Under the pieces are notes generated by a model. It worked only from the letters and a program-made list of their open reading frames with translations. It was not told the origin of the DNA and did no database searches. The position numbers and the translations under genes are program-made. Below, one piece after another: positions 13,139 through 24,031 of a stretch of DNA of 64,000 bases (position 1 is its first letter; every line of letters starts with the position of its first letter). Location of the stretch: contig QPGO01000016.1 of the NCBI GenBank assembly GCA_008632985.1, positions 592,840 through 656,839 on the forward strand, in the 5' to 3' direction. The DNA comes from Psammoneis japonica (Eukaryota).

Positions 13139-14450
13139 CTATTCCTGTCCAACAGTTTCATCTCGGGCAAGACAAATGGAATTGGGTCCTCGTTCTTCTT
13201 CCAACTCGCCACTGTCGTCGTGGTCGTTGAGCTGCTGCTCTGGCATTGCTACTTGTTCGAGTTGTTCCAACTCCTTGAGTAGTTCCTCTTCATCAACAGC
13301 CTCGTAATCCATCGTGCTCTTGCTTCCCACCACTTCTTGTTGCGCAATCTTCATGCTATCCATTTGCTCCAACAAATCATCCATGACATCGTCCACACCC
13401 TCTACAGTCGTTTCTTGATTGATTTGTTTCAAGACACTTGTGGATTCCTTGAGAGTCGACAAGACTTCTTGGTCATGGTGCGCTCCTTCGAGAGTCAATT
13501 TAACTTGTTCCAACTTCAGCAAGGCGTTTTCGGTTTGCTGTACCGAGTTTAGATAGCGCTTGCGGACATGCATGGCGTGGAGTGCCTGCTTGGTTTGCTT
13601 GGACTTGCTGTATTCCAAGGCACGCTGTGCTTGTAGAGCCGCCTTGTTTTCATACTCGGCAATGAGTCTTCGATTCTTTTCCATTGTACAATCCATTTGG
13701 AATAGAGTAGCTTGAACTTCCAAATCTCGTTGTTGGGGAACCGACGAGTACAGCGCCAATACCTGACGCCCGAATCGAGTGTGACGAATTGAGCCTTGTC
13801 AAGAGCCATCAAGATATATGCCAAGAGCAAAGCCTCCTCGTGCGTCACGTGCTGTAATACAACAGTCTTGTCATTGTCGTGTTGTTGTTGACGACACCAT
13901 GACACGAAATTGGAGTCGCCTTGCTGTTGTTCCAAACTCACAAATGTAATTTCGTCAGACGGCTTTGCGTCAATGGCTGAAATCAACACGTTGCTGCATT
14001 CGAGAATCAAATCGAGATTGACGATCCTGTCGTTCCATCCCACTTGTTCAACGTCGTCATTTTCGTCGTGCATATCGTTATTGTAATCATCAACTGAACC
14101 GTCTAAATCTTCATGATCGTCTGGATATTCTCCCGTCACAATACGAGTGTAAACGCTACTAGCGGCTGCGGTGGCTCGACGAAAGAACGATTTGATTTGG
14201 AAGCCTCCTCTGATTCTTTTTGTTGTTGCTGTAGTTGGGTTGCAATCGTCTGTCCCAATTCTTGAGAATTCTCTCCAGTATAAATCAGGGCATTTCTGGA
14301 GAGCGGCAGAGCAATGAGTTTAGATTTTCCTTGATGTGTAAGAACTTGCTGTGGCGACGCGTACAACTTTTGAGAATGTGTACATGTTTCTAAATGAGCC
14401 TTGGGCCATGGTATGCTTTCTTTCGGTGATGATGCTTCTTGCAATGCCAT
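13139..14450 (-). CDS. ESCRT-III Snf7-domain protein, CHMP7-like (long N-terminal extension)
   Basis: C-terminal Snf7 pattern (K.QALHAM..RKR; LE.AH...EVL..LKES...LK.IN...TVE.VDDVMDDL.EQ; DEEELLKELEQLE). The N-terminal part is in ORFs 14136-14450 and 13549-14139, joined by frameshifts. Confidence 0.7.
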
Positions 14451-14704
14451 GGTGCTAAGTATCGTTTGGCGCTGTTGTTTTCATGTGAATGCCATTGCCG
14501 ATTTTGATGTTTTCAGTGCGAAGACGAATCCTTAGAGCGCACACCCGGAAATGACGACAAACAGACACACACAATAGAGCTTCTTGCGGCGAGGACCAAA
14601 ACAAGCAAACAGGCAATGCACAAAAAAGAACCTCCAACGAAAGTAGCTGCTAGCATCGTAGCACTAGAACAGACCAACAAGGCACTCTTGAGAGACACAT
14701 TCAT

Positions 14705-14915
14705 GTTGCAGTGAATGGCACACTGACGACTGTTGATGGTGTGGCGAATTTGCGCTCTCAGCTCGCGGCGGTGCCGGCGCTGGCTGCTTGTCTGCGAGTC
14801 TTGTGCTCACTTTTTAGCTTCTGCACCTGGTTGAAACAGCAATGGCAGCAACAACATTAGAATTGTGTCTGCAATCTATGCAGTGAAGTCAGGGATTGAT
14901 GAGACCAAGCGCGCC
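14705..14915 (+). repeat. Solo LTR-like fragment related to the repeats at 40.05 and 41.7 kb
   Basis: Shares gttgcagt...cactgacgac...ttgtgctcactttt(t/c)agcttctg...tgagaccaa with 40091-40260 and 41750-41930. Confidence 0.55.
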
Positions 14916-15799
14916 AGTCATGTCAAATGCAGGGGCAAAGAAAAAGAGCGGCTGTGTGAGACATTCATGAGTCCTTGCTCTTCTGAAAAGAACTTGCCAA
15001 GTCAGGTCACTTTTGGCGCGTGACCGAAGAGCGCAAATGATGCTGTGTGCTTTCTCTGACATTCACAAGAGAGCTCAGAACTTCCATGCCAAGGAATTTC
15101 TGAGGAATGAGCACAAGTTCACACCAAGCACTGTGGGGACAGTGTGCGAAACACTTGCTGAGCTTTGAAAAGGCGCTCCTGCTGCTCAAATCATCAAGGA
15201 TTTTTCAAAGAAGGCTCCCCAAGGAACACAAGGAAGAACTCTGTTGCAGTGCAGAACCAATTGTGGCTCAATGAGCATTGGTGGTGCCCAATGGGCCTGC
15301 ACATCATTGGTGGCTTTGAGGGAGGATCAAGAAAGAGGAGAAAGCACTCGCCACAAAGGAGCATGTCTGGAAAATGCACGGCCCAAAAGTGAAAAATTCT
15401 TGCTGCTGACATCACAAAGTTCATGTGCCCAACATCAATGGCCATCAAGACTTCATGGTGAAACATTTTTCAAGACATGTCAAGGCATGCCATTGTCGCG
15501 CATTTGCCCACCCATGTGTGGCCCAACACAATCCAAGAGTTTACGAAAATGGGGGGGGGCACCGACGGAAGAAGAGGGGGGGAGAGGGGGAGCAAAGTGA
15601 CCCCGTTGCTGCTGCAACAACAAGAGAGAAGGAAGGAAGAGAGGAGAAGAACGCAGCAATGGCGGAAGTGAGAGCAAGATGCGACACGTTGTTGCGTTTC
15701 GTGGCGCTGAAGATAGAGTGCATCAGCCCATCGCGCACAAAAAGATACAAAGGTTGATTTTATTTAGGCGGCATCGCCCCCCATTTCCCATCTTCCATC

Positions 15800-18700
15800 T
15801 TGTCCTCAATTTGAGACGCAACATGGGACAGAATCACAGTTGCAACAATGCATCTGCATTTGCAGGCTACTTTGATGAACAATGTTCATCATGTGGCACT
15901 CTTCCTTGAGCAGCCACCCCCAACAAGTTTGTTTTTGAAAGGTGAAAATCTCGTGCTCGGAAACAACAGAATTTTTGAGCAGACCCAGCTGCAGATTCGG
16001 CGGCATCTGCAACGGCGGCAAAAATGTTGGAAAACTTGTCCAAAATGAATTGACGGCAATCGGCAGGCAACATGGAACCATGCATGGTGCAATCGGCACT
16101 GGTGGCGGCTTTCGTGGCAAGACCACCTCCTCTTGCAAATTGCAGGTTTCATTTTTTTGGCACGTGGCTCCTCAGACAGCGGCAGTTGCATTGACTTGGT
16201 TTTCCTTCTGCATGGGTTCTCCACTGTTGGCACTGGATTGGAACGAGTCAAATGTGGATTTTTTGTGCCACACTTGTTGCACATGCACCGGTCAGGATCT
16301 TGTTTGGAGGATGCTGCTGTTGTGCCGGTGCGCGCCTTCCTTGATTTGAGCTCCTCTCTCAAATGCTCAAGTTGCTTTGGGCAAGCTGAAAAATGTCACT
16401 CTCCATTGTCTTGCACCAGCTCTGTGACATTCTCATGCACAGGATGCTGAACTCCGGCTTTTCGTGCCAGCTTGTTGTTGTGGTCGAGACGGCTGTGATT
16501 CAGAAAGGTTGGAATGCGCGCGGAATCTTGGCGCGCTCGTCAGCTGTCATGTCATCAATTCGGTGATGCTCTCTTGTTCCCATGTCATGCTCACAAGTTC
16601 CAGCAAGACAGAGAGCATCAATGAGGGTGCTTCTGGAACTGGTGTTCCCAAAATGCTTGACAACGTGATGACATTTTTCCAACTTCGACTCCGTGCCCGT
16701 GGCAGTGACGCATGCGTCGAGCTTGCACTTCGACCATTTTGAAGGGTGCACAACACGGCACAAGTCTTCACGTGCAAGTGGCTTGTCAAGTCCACAATTT
16801 GACGCTGTTGCATTTTCTACTGCTGGCTCAGCATCTTCGGTGAAAAGCGGCTTGCCAGAGTCAGGGTCGTGTCGTCCGCCGGCTTCAGCCGCTCCAGGAG
16901 ACGCAGTGCACTTGCAGCAGTTGAACCATGCCTCAAGATTTTTGTTTCGAGTTTCTAGAGGGTAAGTCCACCTTCGAATGTACTTTTTGTAGTTCTTCCA
17001 TTTCTGTGTTGCACATGCACCAGTCAGGATCTTGTTTGGAGGATGCTGCTGTTGTGCCGGTGCGCGCCTTCCTTGATTTGAGTTCCTCTCTCAAATGCTC
17101 AAGTTGCTTTGGGCAAGCTGAAAAATGTCACTCTCCATTGTCTTGCACCAGCTCTGTGACATTCTCATGCACAGGATGCTGAACTCCGGCTTTTCGTGCC
17201 AGCTTGTTGTTGTGGTCGAGACGGCTGTGATTCAGAAAGGTTGGAATGCGTGCGGAATCTTGGCATGCTTGTCAGCCGTCATGTCATCAATTCGGAGACG
17301 CTCTCTTGTTCCCATGTCATGCTCACAAGTTCCAGCAAGACAGAGAGCATCAATGAGGGTGCTTCTGGAACTGGTGTTCCCAAAATGCTTGACAACGTGA
17401 TGACATTTTTCCAACTTCGACTCCGTGCCCGTGGCAGTGACGCATGCGTCGAGCTTGCACTTTGACCATTTTGAAGGGTGCACAACATGGCACAAGTCTT
17501 CACGTGCAAGTGGCTTGTCAAGTCCACGATTTGACGCTGTTGCATTTTCTACTGCTGGCTCAGCATCTTCGGTGAAAAGCGGCTTGCCAGAGTCAGGGTC
17601 GCGTCGTCCGCCGGCTTCAGCCGCTCCAGGAGACGCAGTGCACTTGCAGCAGTTGAACCACGCCTCAAGATTTTTGTTTCGAGTTTCTAGAGGGTAAGTC
17701 CACCTTCGAATGCACTTTTTGTAGTTCTTCCATTTCTGTGTTGCACATGCACCAGTCAGGATCTTGTTTGGAGGATGCTGCTGTTGTGCCGGTGCGCGCC
17801 TTCCTTGATTTGAGCTCCTCTCTCAAATGCTCAAGTTGCTTTGGGCAAGCTGAAAAATGTCACTCTCCATTGTCTTGCACCGCTCTGTGACATTCTCATG
17901 CACAGGATGCTGAACTCCGGCTTTTCGTGCCAGCTTGTTGTTGTGGTCGAGACGGCTGTGATTCAGAAAGGTTGGAATGCGTGCGGAATCTTGGCATGCT
18001 TGTCAGCCATCATGTCATCAATTCGGAGATGCTCTCTTGTTCCCATGTTGCACTCACAAGTTCCAGCAAGACAGAGAGCATCAATGAGGGTGCTTCTGGA
18101 ACCGGTGTTCCCAAAATGCTTGACAACGTGATGACATTTTTCCAACTTCGACTCCATGCCCGTGGCAGCGACGCATGCGTCGAGCTTGCACTTCGACCAT
18201 TTTGAAGGGTGCACAACACGGCACAAGTCTTCACGTGCAAGTGGCTTGTCAAGTCCACGATTTGACGCTGTTGCATTTTCTGCTGCTGTCTCAGTTGAAC
18301 CACGCCTCAAGATTTTTGTTTCGAGTTTCTAGAGGGCAAGTCCACCTTCGAATGTACTTTTTGTAGTTCTTCCATTTCTTGCTGTTTTTGACATCTTCAA
18401 TTTCTTCCCGTGCACTCTTCTTCCCGCCAAGTCTGCCAGAGACAAGAGCATCAACTGCACGCGACTCGTCAGATTCATCGTTGCATTGCACACAGTCTTT
18501 CAAATCATGGACTGCATGACAACAATCGACATGGGTGGCCCGCACTGTAAGAACAATTTGATTGGTCCAGTGCCAAAGGCCAAGCCGACAAACAACATCG
18601 TGACCAAAAATTTGCTTCCAGAATTCTTCTTTGTTTGGCCATGTGTCCGAGCAGTGAACATGAGGCTTCACATTTGGACATCGTGCAAATTGCTCTGCGG

Positions 18701-20340
18701 CATGGGTGCAGTCTTTTGTTTCAAGCGTTGGTGCAACTGCCACCACTCCAATCTCCCCCGTCTTGCTTGCCATGGTGGACAGTCCCTTGCCATCCGTTTC
18801 TCTGTAATTTTTCAGTTGATCAAAAGTGTGGTCTGATGCCACACTTACACGACAACTGACCAACTGAATTTCTCTGGTGTGCCGCATGTTGTCGCTGACA
18901 CCAGTCTCGGTAAGATCTGACTCGCGTGCAGCATCACACATGTCTCTCATGTTTTGTCCCGTTGGTCCACATCGACCCATCCAGTCCTCATGTTCTGACA
19001 ATGGAGTTGTTGCATTCCCACCAGCATTGATTGACTGCAAAAAATGCCGCTCTTCCCCATCAAGAAAATTGCGGGCTCGTTGTTGATGCAAGAAGGCGGA
19101 TGTGTCATCACTGTTGCTGTGCTTCTGCATGGCGTGGTCGATGCATCGGGTCGTTGGCAAAGTCAAATGAAAAGATGGATTGGTGTCGGCGCAGCGCAGA
19201 TCAACAGGATGACAAAGTTGGAGATGCCTTGGAAGCTTTTTAAGCAGCTTGGCATTGTTCCCTCTGCACTTGCAACCGCATTTGTTGCATTTGTAGCCCA
19301 CAGACGATCCCCAATCAGTGGCGCCACTTGCATCAAAGATTGGAGTTGGCGAGTGCTCCCTTTTAATGTCGAGCTGCTGATGGATCATCTCACCATCTTC
19401 ACACCCATCAACACACGGCAAGCAGATGCCTGGGCTGTTCAATTCCCATCGGAGGACATGAACAGTCACTCCCTCAATCTCGGCATGCAAAAATCATCAG
19501 GAGCCATGGATGCATCATCCCGAGGCACGGCAAATGACGTGGTGCCGGTGGGAAAGTTCTTCTGATGCCATTTCAGTTTCTTGGCATTCACCTTTCCACC
19601 CATGATCTCATTTGAGTCGGCATGAAACTGAGATGGACACAAGTCCAGAAGACACACAATCAAAGCCTGAATGGGCGCGGGACAAGGAATCTTCTTTTTT
19701 TTGCACGTCTCGACTCGTTTCTGGATCTCTCTCTTTGGCACCGGTGGAGAAAGAAGATCTTCTTCAATGTCATTGTTGGAATGCTCCATGCTGTTTGACA
19801 TGACAGTGCTGATGGTAGCAGCAGCAGCAGCACTTGTGTTCAACATGACAGTGCTGGCAGTGGCAGCATTCGACGAGACGGCGGTTGCAGACGGCGTGTT
19901 TTTTGAAGCCCTGGTGCGAGAGCAAAAGAGTGTCTCCATGCCTTCCTCAGTTGGGGCCTGATGACCCGGTAGCTTTTTTGCATTCTTTCTTGCGTTGCAG
20001 CAATGAAGCGATGGACAGCTGCGTTTCGCTCGGTGCTCATGTTCTTTCCACAGTGGATGGATTTTGGGCAGGTCGTGTCATGACCCTTTTTGTGGGAGGG
20101 CCCTTGTTTGCACCTTTTGCATTCAACAACCTTTTCTTGAGTAGTGTGACTGTTTGGTAGAGTCAGAATTTGCGATTCTGCCTCTGCCGCCGGTGATGTT
20201 GTAAACCGAGGCGCATTTTTCCCCGACAACTTAGCGATTCCAGAAAAAGCTCGCTCCTTTGCTTTTTTCGTGGCTGCCTTTCGAGTCTGAGACTGAACAC
20301 CCATGGTGCTGGGAAGCTTACGGGAGCAACACTTCTCCAT
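15800..20340 (-). mobile_element. Degenerate Kyakuja-Dileera-Zisupton (KDZ)-like DNA transposase
   Basis: Motifs SDHTF, TGEIGVVA, SDTWP and CRLGLWHW (cf. Zisupton RLDIWH), plus GTESKLEKCHH..HFGNT...LAGTCE (cf. RGSTSLESFH...LEG..RWN). Cys/His knuckles at both ends. Broken by frameshifts and an internal triplication. Confidence 0.65.
16275..18380. repeat. Three tandem copies of a 732-bp segment of the transposase
   Basis: Units start with tgttgcacatgcacc at 16275, 17007 and 17739. The third copy lacks ~89 bp between CAG microhomologies. Confidence 0.95.
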
Positions 20341-21021
20341 TCTGCTGCAATTCCTTCTCTCATAACTCTCTTGTACAGGTCGGCACTGATGATGAGTGAG
20401 ATGAAAAAAGACCGGAGGAGTTTGAATTTTGTGTGTGGTGTCTTTGTCAGAGCGCCAGTGCTCAGACTGTGGCGCATCCGTCTGAGATGGATGAACCGAG
20501 GTGGCTGTGTCTGTGTTGCATTGATCGTTAAGTAATGATGATGTGTATTCTTTCAGAAAGCCCTAAATATTGCAACGTGTATTCTTGGAATGAAGCGTTC
20601 TGATTGGTCCAATCTTCCATCGGTAGGGGGCTTTCGTCGGTTTACGTGAAGTCCCGAGGCAGTGCCTTTTGAACCCGGAGGCGCAGATTTTGAAAGCATG
20701 ACATCACAGGAATGTCCCGTTGCAGGCACAAATAAATGACAATGACCGAGACGTTCAGTCCGCATTCCGCGCTCATCACTTTTTGACTTCGATCGATGCT
20801 GAATGCGAATTCCAAATGCATGCGCCTGATGGATCTTGTTTTCACATTTCACATGTCACACGAGTCGTCCAAGTTAAAAAACAGAAGTTGAAAATTGGAA
20901 GAGATCACTCAAGACCCAAGCAAAGAAATTCAACGAAAGAAGAGAGAAAGAGACGACATAACTCCAGAAAAAGCACTTTCAAAGAAGGTGTCAACCCCGA
21001 CTCAAAGGCTGCGTCGCTTTC

Positions 21022-22476
21022 ATGCCAGAACCCGAGTCAAGTATTTCCGATGGTACTGTCCCATCGGATGGCAGTTTAACCCTGTCACCCACGGAGGCAG
21101 AAAATAGGGAGCAACACACGGACCATGCTGCCGCATCAAGCAATCACATCGCCACAAAATGGTGTCGCCGCTTCTACACAAGCGGAATGTGGAGCATTTG
21201 TGTCGCCCTGGGATGTTATGCTTTTGTTGTTCTCTTTCTTTTTCTTCGAGAAAAGAATAGAAATTATGATGAAAGCCGTCCACCACCGCCTCCAACGCCG
21301 CAACCGACTCGAGCACCGACCAGCGGTCTGTGGCAACCCGTCGGACAAGTCTTGCACTTGAACGGGAACCGTCGTGATTCTGGCATTCACGTGTCCTTGT
21401 CGAGAGATGGGAATATCATGGCAGTGGGAGTCACAGGATCCGTGTCCGTCTTTAATTTCAATCGATCAAGTGAGCGTTGGACACCAATCGGCCAACAGTT
21501 GCATGGAACATCCGCCGACAGCTACTTTGGCATTTCCGTGTCTCTCAATGGCGACGGCACAGTTCTAGCTGTTGGAGGGGACAAAACTGCCGTTGGAGTA
21601 CTGCATGTTCGAGTGTTTAAACACGTCTCCGCGAGATGGGTCCAACTTGGCAGTGATGTAAAAGGGGATGGAGACAAACGTGACAGGTTTGGATTCTCAA
21701 TGTCTCTCTCGGGCAAGGGAGACATTCTTGCCGTTGGGGATTACTCAGATGACACTGAAAGCGGGAAGGATTCTGGGTCGCTTCGACTCTTTCAATACAA
21801 CCGTCAAGATTCATCCTGGAAACAACTCGGGCAGACGTTGAATGGTCAAGAGGCAAGAGATCGGTTTGGTAGATCAGTATCCCTGAGTCGATCGGGGTCT
21901 GTTGTCGCTGTCGGAGCAAACTTGAATGATTCTGGCTTGAGCAACGCTGGGCAGGTGTCAATTTTTTAATACAATTCTTCTTCTGAAATGTGGGATCCGT
22001 TGGGTGACCCAATCCATGGAAAGGTATTTCGTGGTTGGTTTGGCTGGTCTCTGTCTCTTGACGACACGGGTCTGGTCGTGGCCGTGGGTGCTCCTGGAAA
22101 ACTCACCGAGAGAGTTTATGTCTACGACCAAGACCGTACAACGTCAACATGGAATCAACGTGGCCAAACGCTCTATACGCGTCAATCCGGCGATGAGTTT
22201 GGTTCTTGCGTGTCGTTGAGTGGAAATGGAAGTACACTGGCTGTCGGAAGTCCTGATTACAACGTCAACGACGAATTGGTTTCTGTAGGTCAAGTTGCAA
22301 TATTTCTCTATGACACCGCCAAAAAGGAATGGAATCAGATGAGCAGTGCTGTAAGTGGCGAGGCTAAATCTGACCGGTTTGGAGGATCCTTGTCCTTGTC
22401 AGCAGATGGGAATGTCCTTGGAGTTGGTGCAATGTATCGACGTAACGCATATTTATTTGCGCTTCCTGATCAATAA
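21022..22476 (+). CDS. Type II membrane protein with FG-GAP-like beta-propeller repeats
   Basis: TM segment ICVALGCYAFVVLFLFL and a Pro-rich stalk, then ~7 repeats of FG.S(V/L/M)SL..DG..LAVG with W.QLG. A 1-nt frameshift lies in the T-run at ~21965. Confidence 0.8.
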
Positions 22477-23346
22477 TGGAGTTGTGTCTTTATATTATAG
22501 ATGTGTGCATCCTTCCTCTGTTCTCTACCTATCGTTCTATTAGTAGGTTTTGTGTTTCTTGTAATATGACTATACTGCTGGATAGCACTACTAGTAATAC
22601 TTTTAAAATGCATTCCCTAGCGTTGTGCTTTTGGTCGTTAGCGATGCTTCAGTTCCAAAACGAAGAACAATCTGCATGTGTTCTCTACTACCCAAGTTTG
22701 AAGAATGACACGTATCCTTGTCGAGACGAGGCCGCACCGATAGCGTCTCGATAGAAATGGTGACGCGCGTTCCAAGCAGGTCGTCCTTACTGTCCCTGCC
22801 TTCGACTTGTCCGAGTCGGGCATAATCGGTGCGGTCAAGGCCGCTACAAAGACTGCACCCCGGTTCTCTTTTGATGACTCTTGTCATTGTCGTCCGTGTG
22901 CAAGAAACGACGAGTACGCGATCCCGTTACAAACGCTGTATTTGACACACCAGAGCAAAACAACGCCATCTCGGTCGCACGATAATCTACGCCAAGAAAA
23001 TGCAACTGGTCTCTTGTGTAGAGATGGGTGCATAAGACAAAAGAGCGAGTTGCACGCAGAAAGGCCGCACGTTTCGGAAAACGACGGGAAAAAAGACGCA
23101 ACGAACAGGTGAAAAGTCTCATGCATATTTGTCACATAGTTCGCTTTGCGTAGATATAACCAAGCGAGAGGCGAGCCAAGAACGCTTTGCTCCAATCCAT
23201 AAAAGAGTTTCACTGATTATAACATTCAAAGTAACGTGACTACCGAAAAACAGCAAACATTCCATTATTTGTTCCCAGGGGGTCTTGTCGTCTTCATGGT
23301 GCAAACTATTTTCAACGCCCATTTTCTCACTCTGTAAGAATCGCTT

Positions 23347-23833
23347 TTACAATCCCAAAATCTTCTCCACAGCTTCCTTTGAATTGACTTTGTTTTTAGA
23401 GGGATAAAAGGGTCCTTCGGCTCCGGTTGCTCTCAGCTCTAGATTCGGTCCCATGGCGCATTCGGCGCATTCGGCTGTACAAAGAATGAAAGAAAACAAA
23501 ACAACCAAGCATGAATGAGAAATGGTGCGACACAAACACACAATCCTTCCCAGTAAACTCACAAACACAATTTTTCGTTTCAATCGTAACATCCTCATTG
23601 TTTTCTGTCAATTCCTTGAAGAGCGCTAGCGTTTTCTTTCCTCCCTTGCGTGTACACGTGGGACCATTGCACACGACAATGGTTCCTTCAAAAGCAGTTG
23701 TTTTTGTTGTTTCGGCGTGTAATTGCATTGGATGAGCATTGTTGTTGTTTGGAAATAGAAATCCATGACAACATGAGCTCATGAAGAGCAAAGTAAGGTA
23801 TAATAGAAAACCGCAAAAAGTCGTTGTCGTCAT
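23347..23833 (-). CDS. Thioredoxin-like [2Fe-2S] ferredoxin with signal/plastid targeting peptide
   Basis: IVVCNGPTCTRKGG and, across intron 23475-23562, NCVSECAECAMGPN. N-terminal signal ends CHG-F. Confidence 0.75.
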
Positions 23834-24031
23834 GGTCGTTTTGTTGGCAAAGTTTTGTTGGATGGAAAAAGAAAAATAATGAGAAAGCGCGCTGACGTCA
23901 TTCATGCGCGTTCGCGCTCGCAATTTTCAAATCTCGCGAGGCGACGGACAGACAGCGCTGTCGCTGTCAATTTTTTGTCGTTGGTCGTTGCACACAGCAT
24001 GAGATTTTGAACGGTACATCGTCCTTCGACC

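Larger units (their letters stand above)
14700..20520. other. TpA-depleted (hypermutated) block 2
   Basis: TpA is very rare while CpG is partly retained. Contains an LTR-like fragment and a KDZ-like transposase. Confidence 0.85.

Noticed and set aside
15194..15466. AIDVGHMNF resembling a poxvirus/NCLDV A22-like RuvC resolvase N-terminus
   Set aside because: Only one short motif in heavily mutated sequence; downstream catalytic motifs are not recognisable.
15760..20570. TATTTAGG / CCTAAATA as terminal inverted repeats of the KDZ element
   Set aside because: Only 8 bp, with no inward extension and no target-site duplication.
22603..23322. Short minus-strand ORFs as a gene
   Set aside because: No recognisable domain or consistent splice model.
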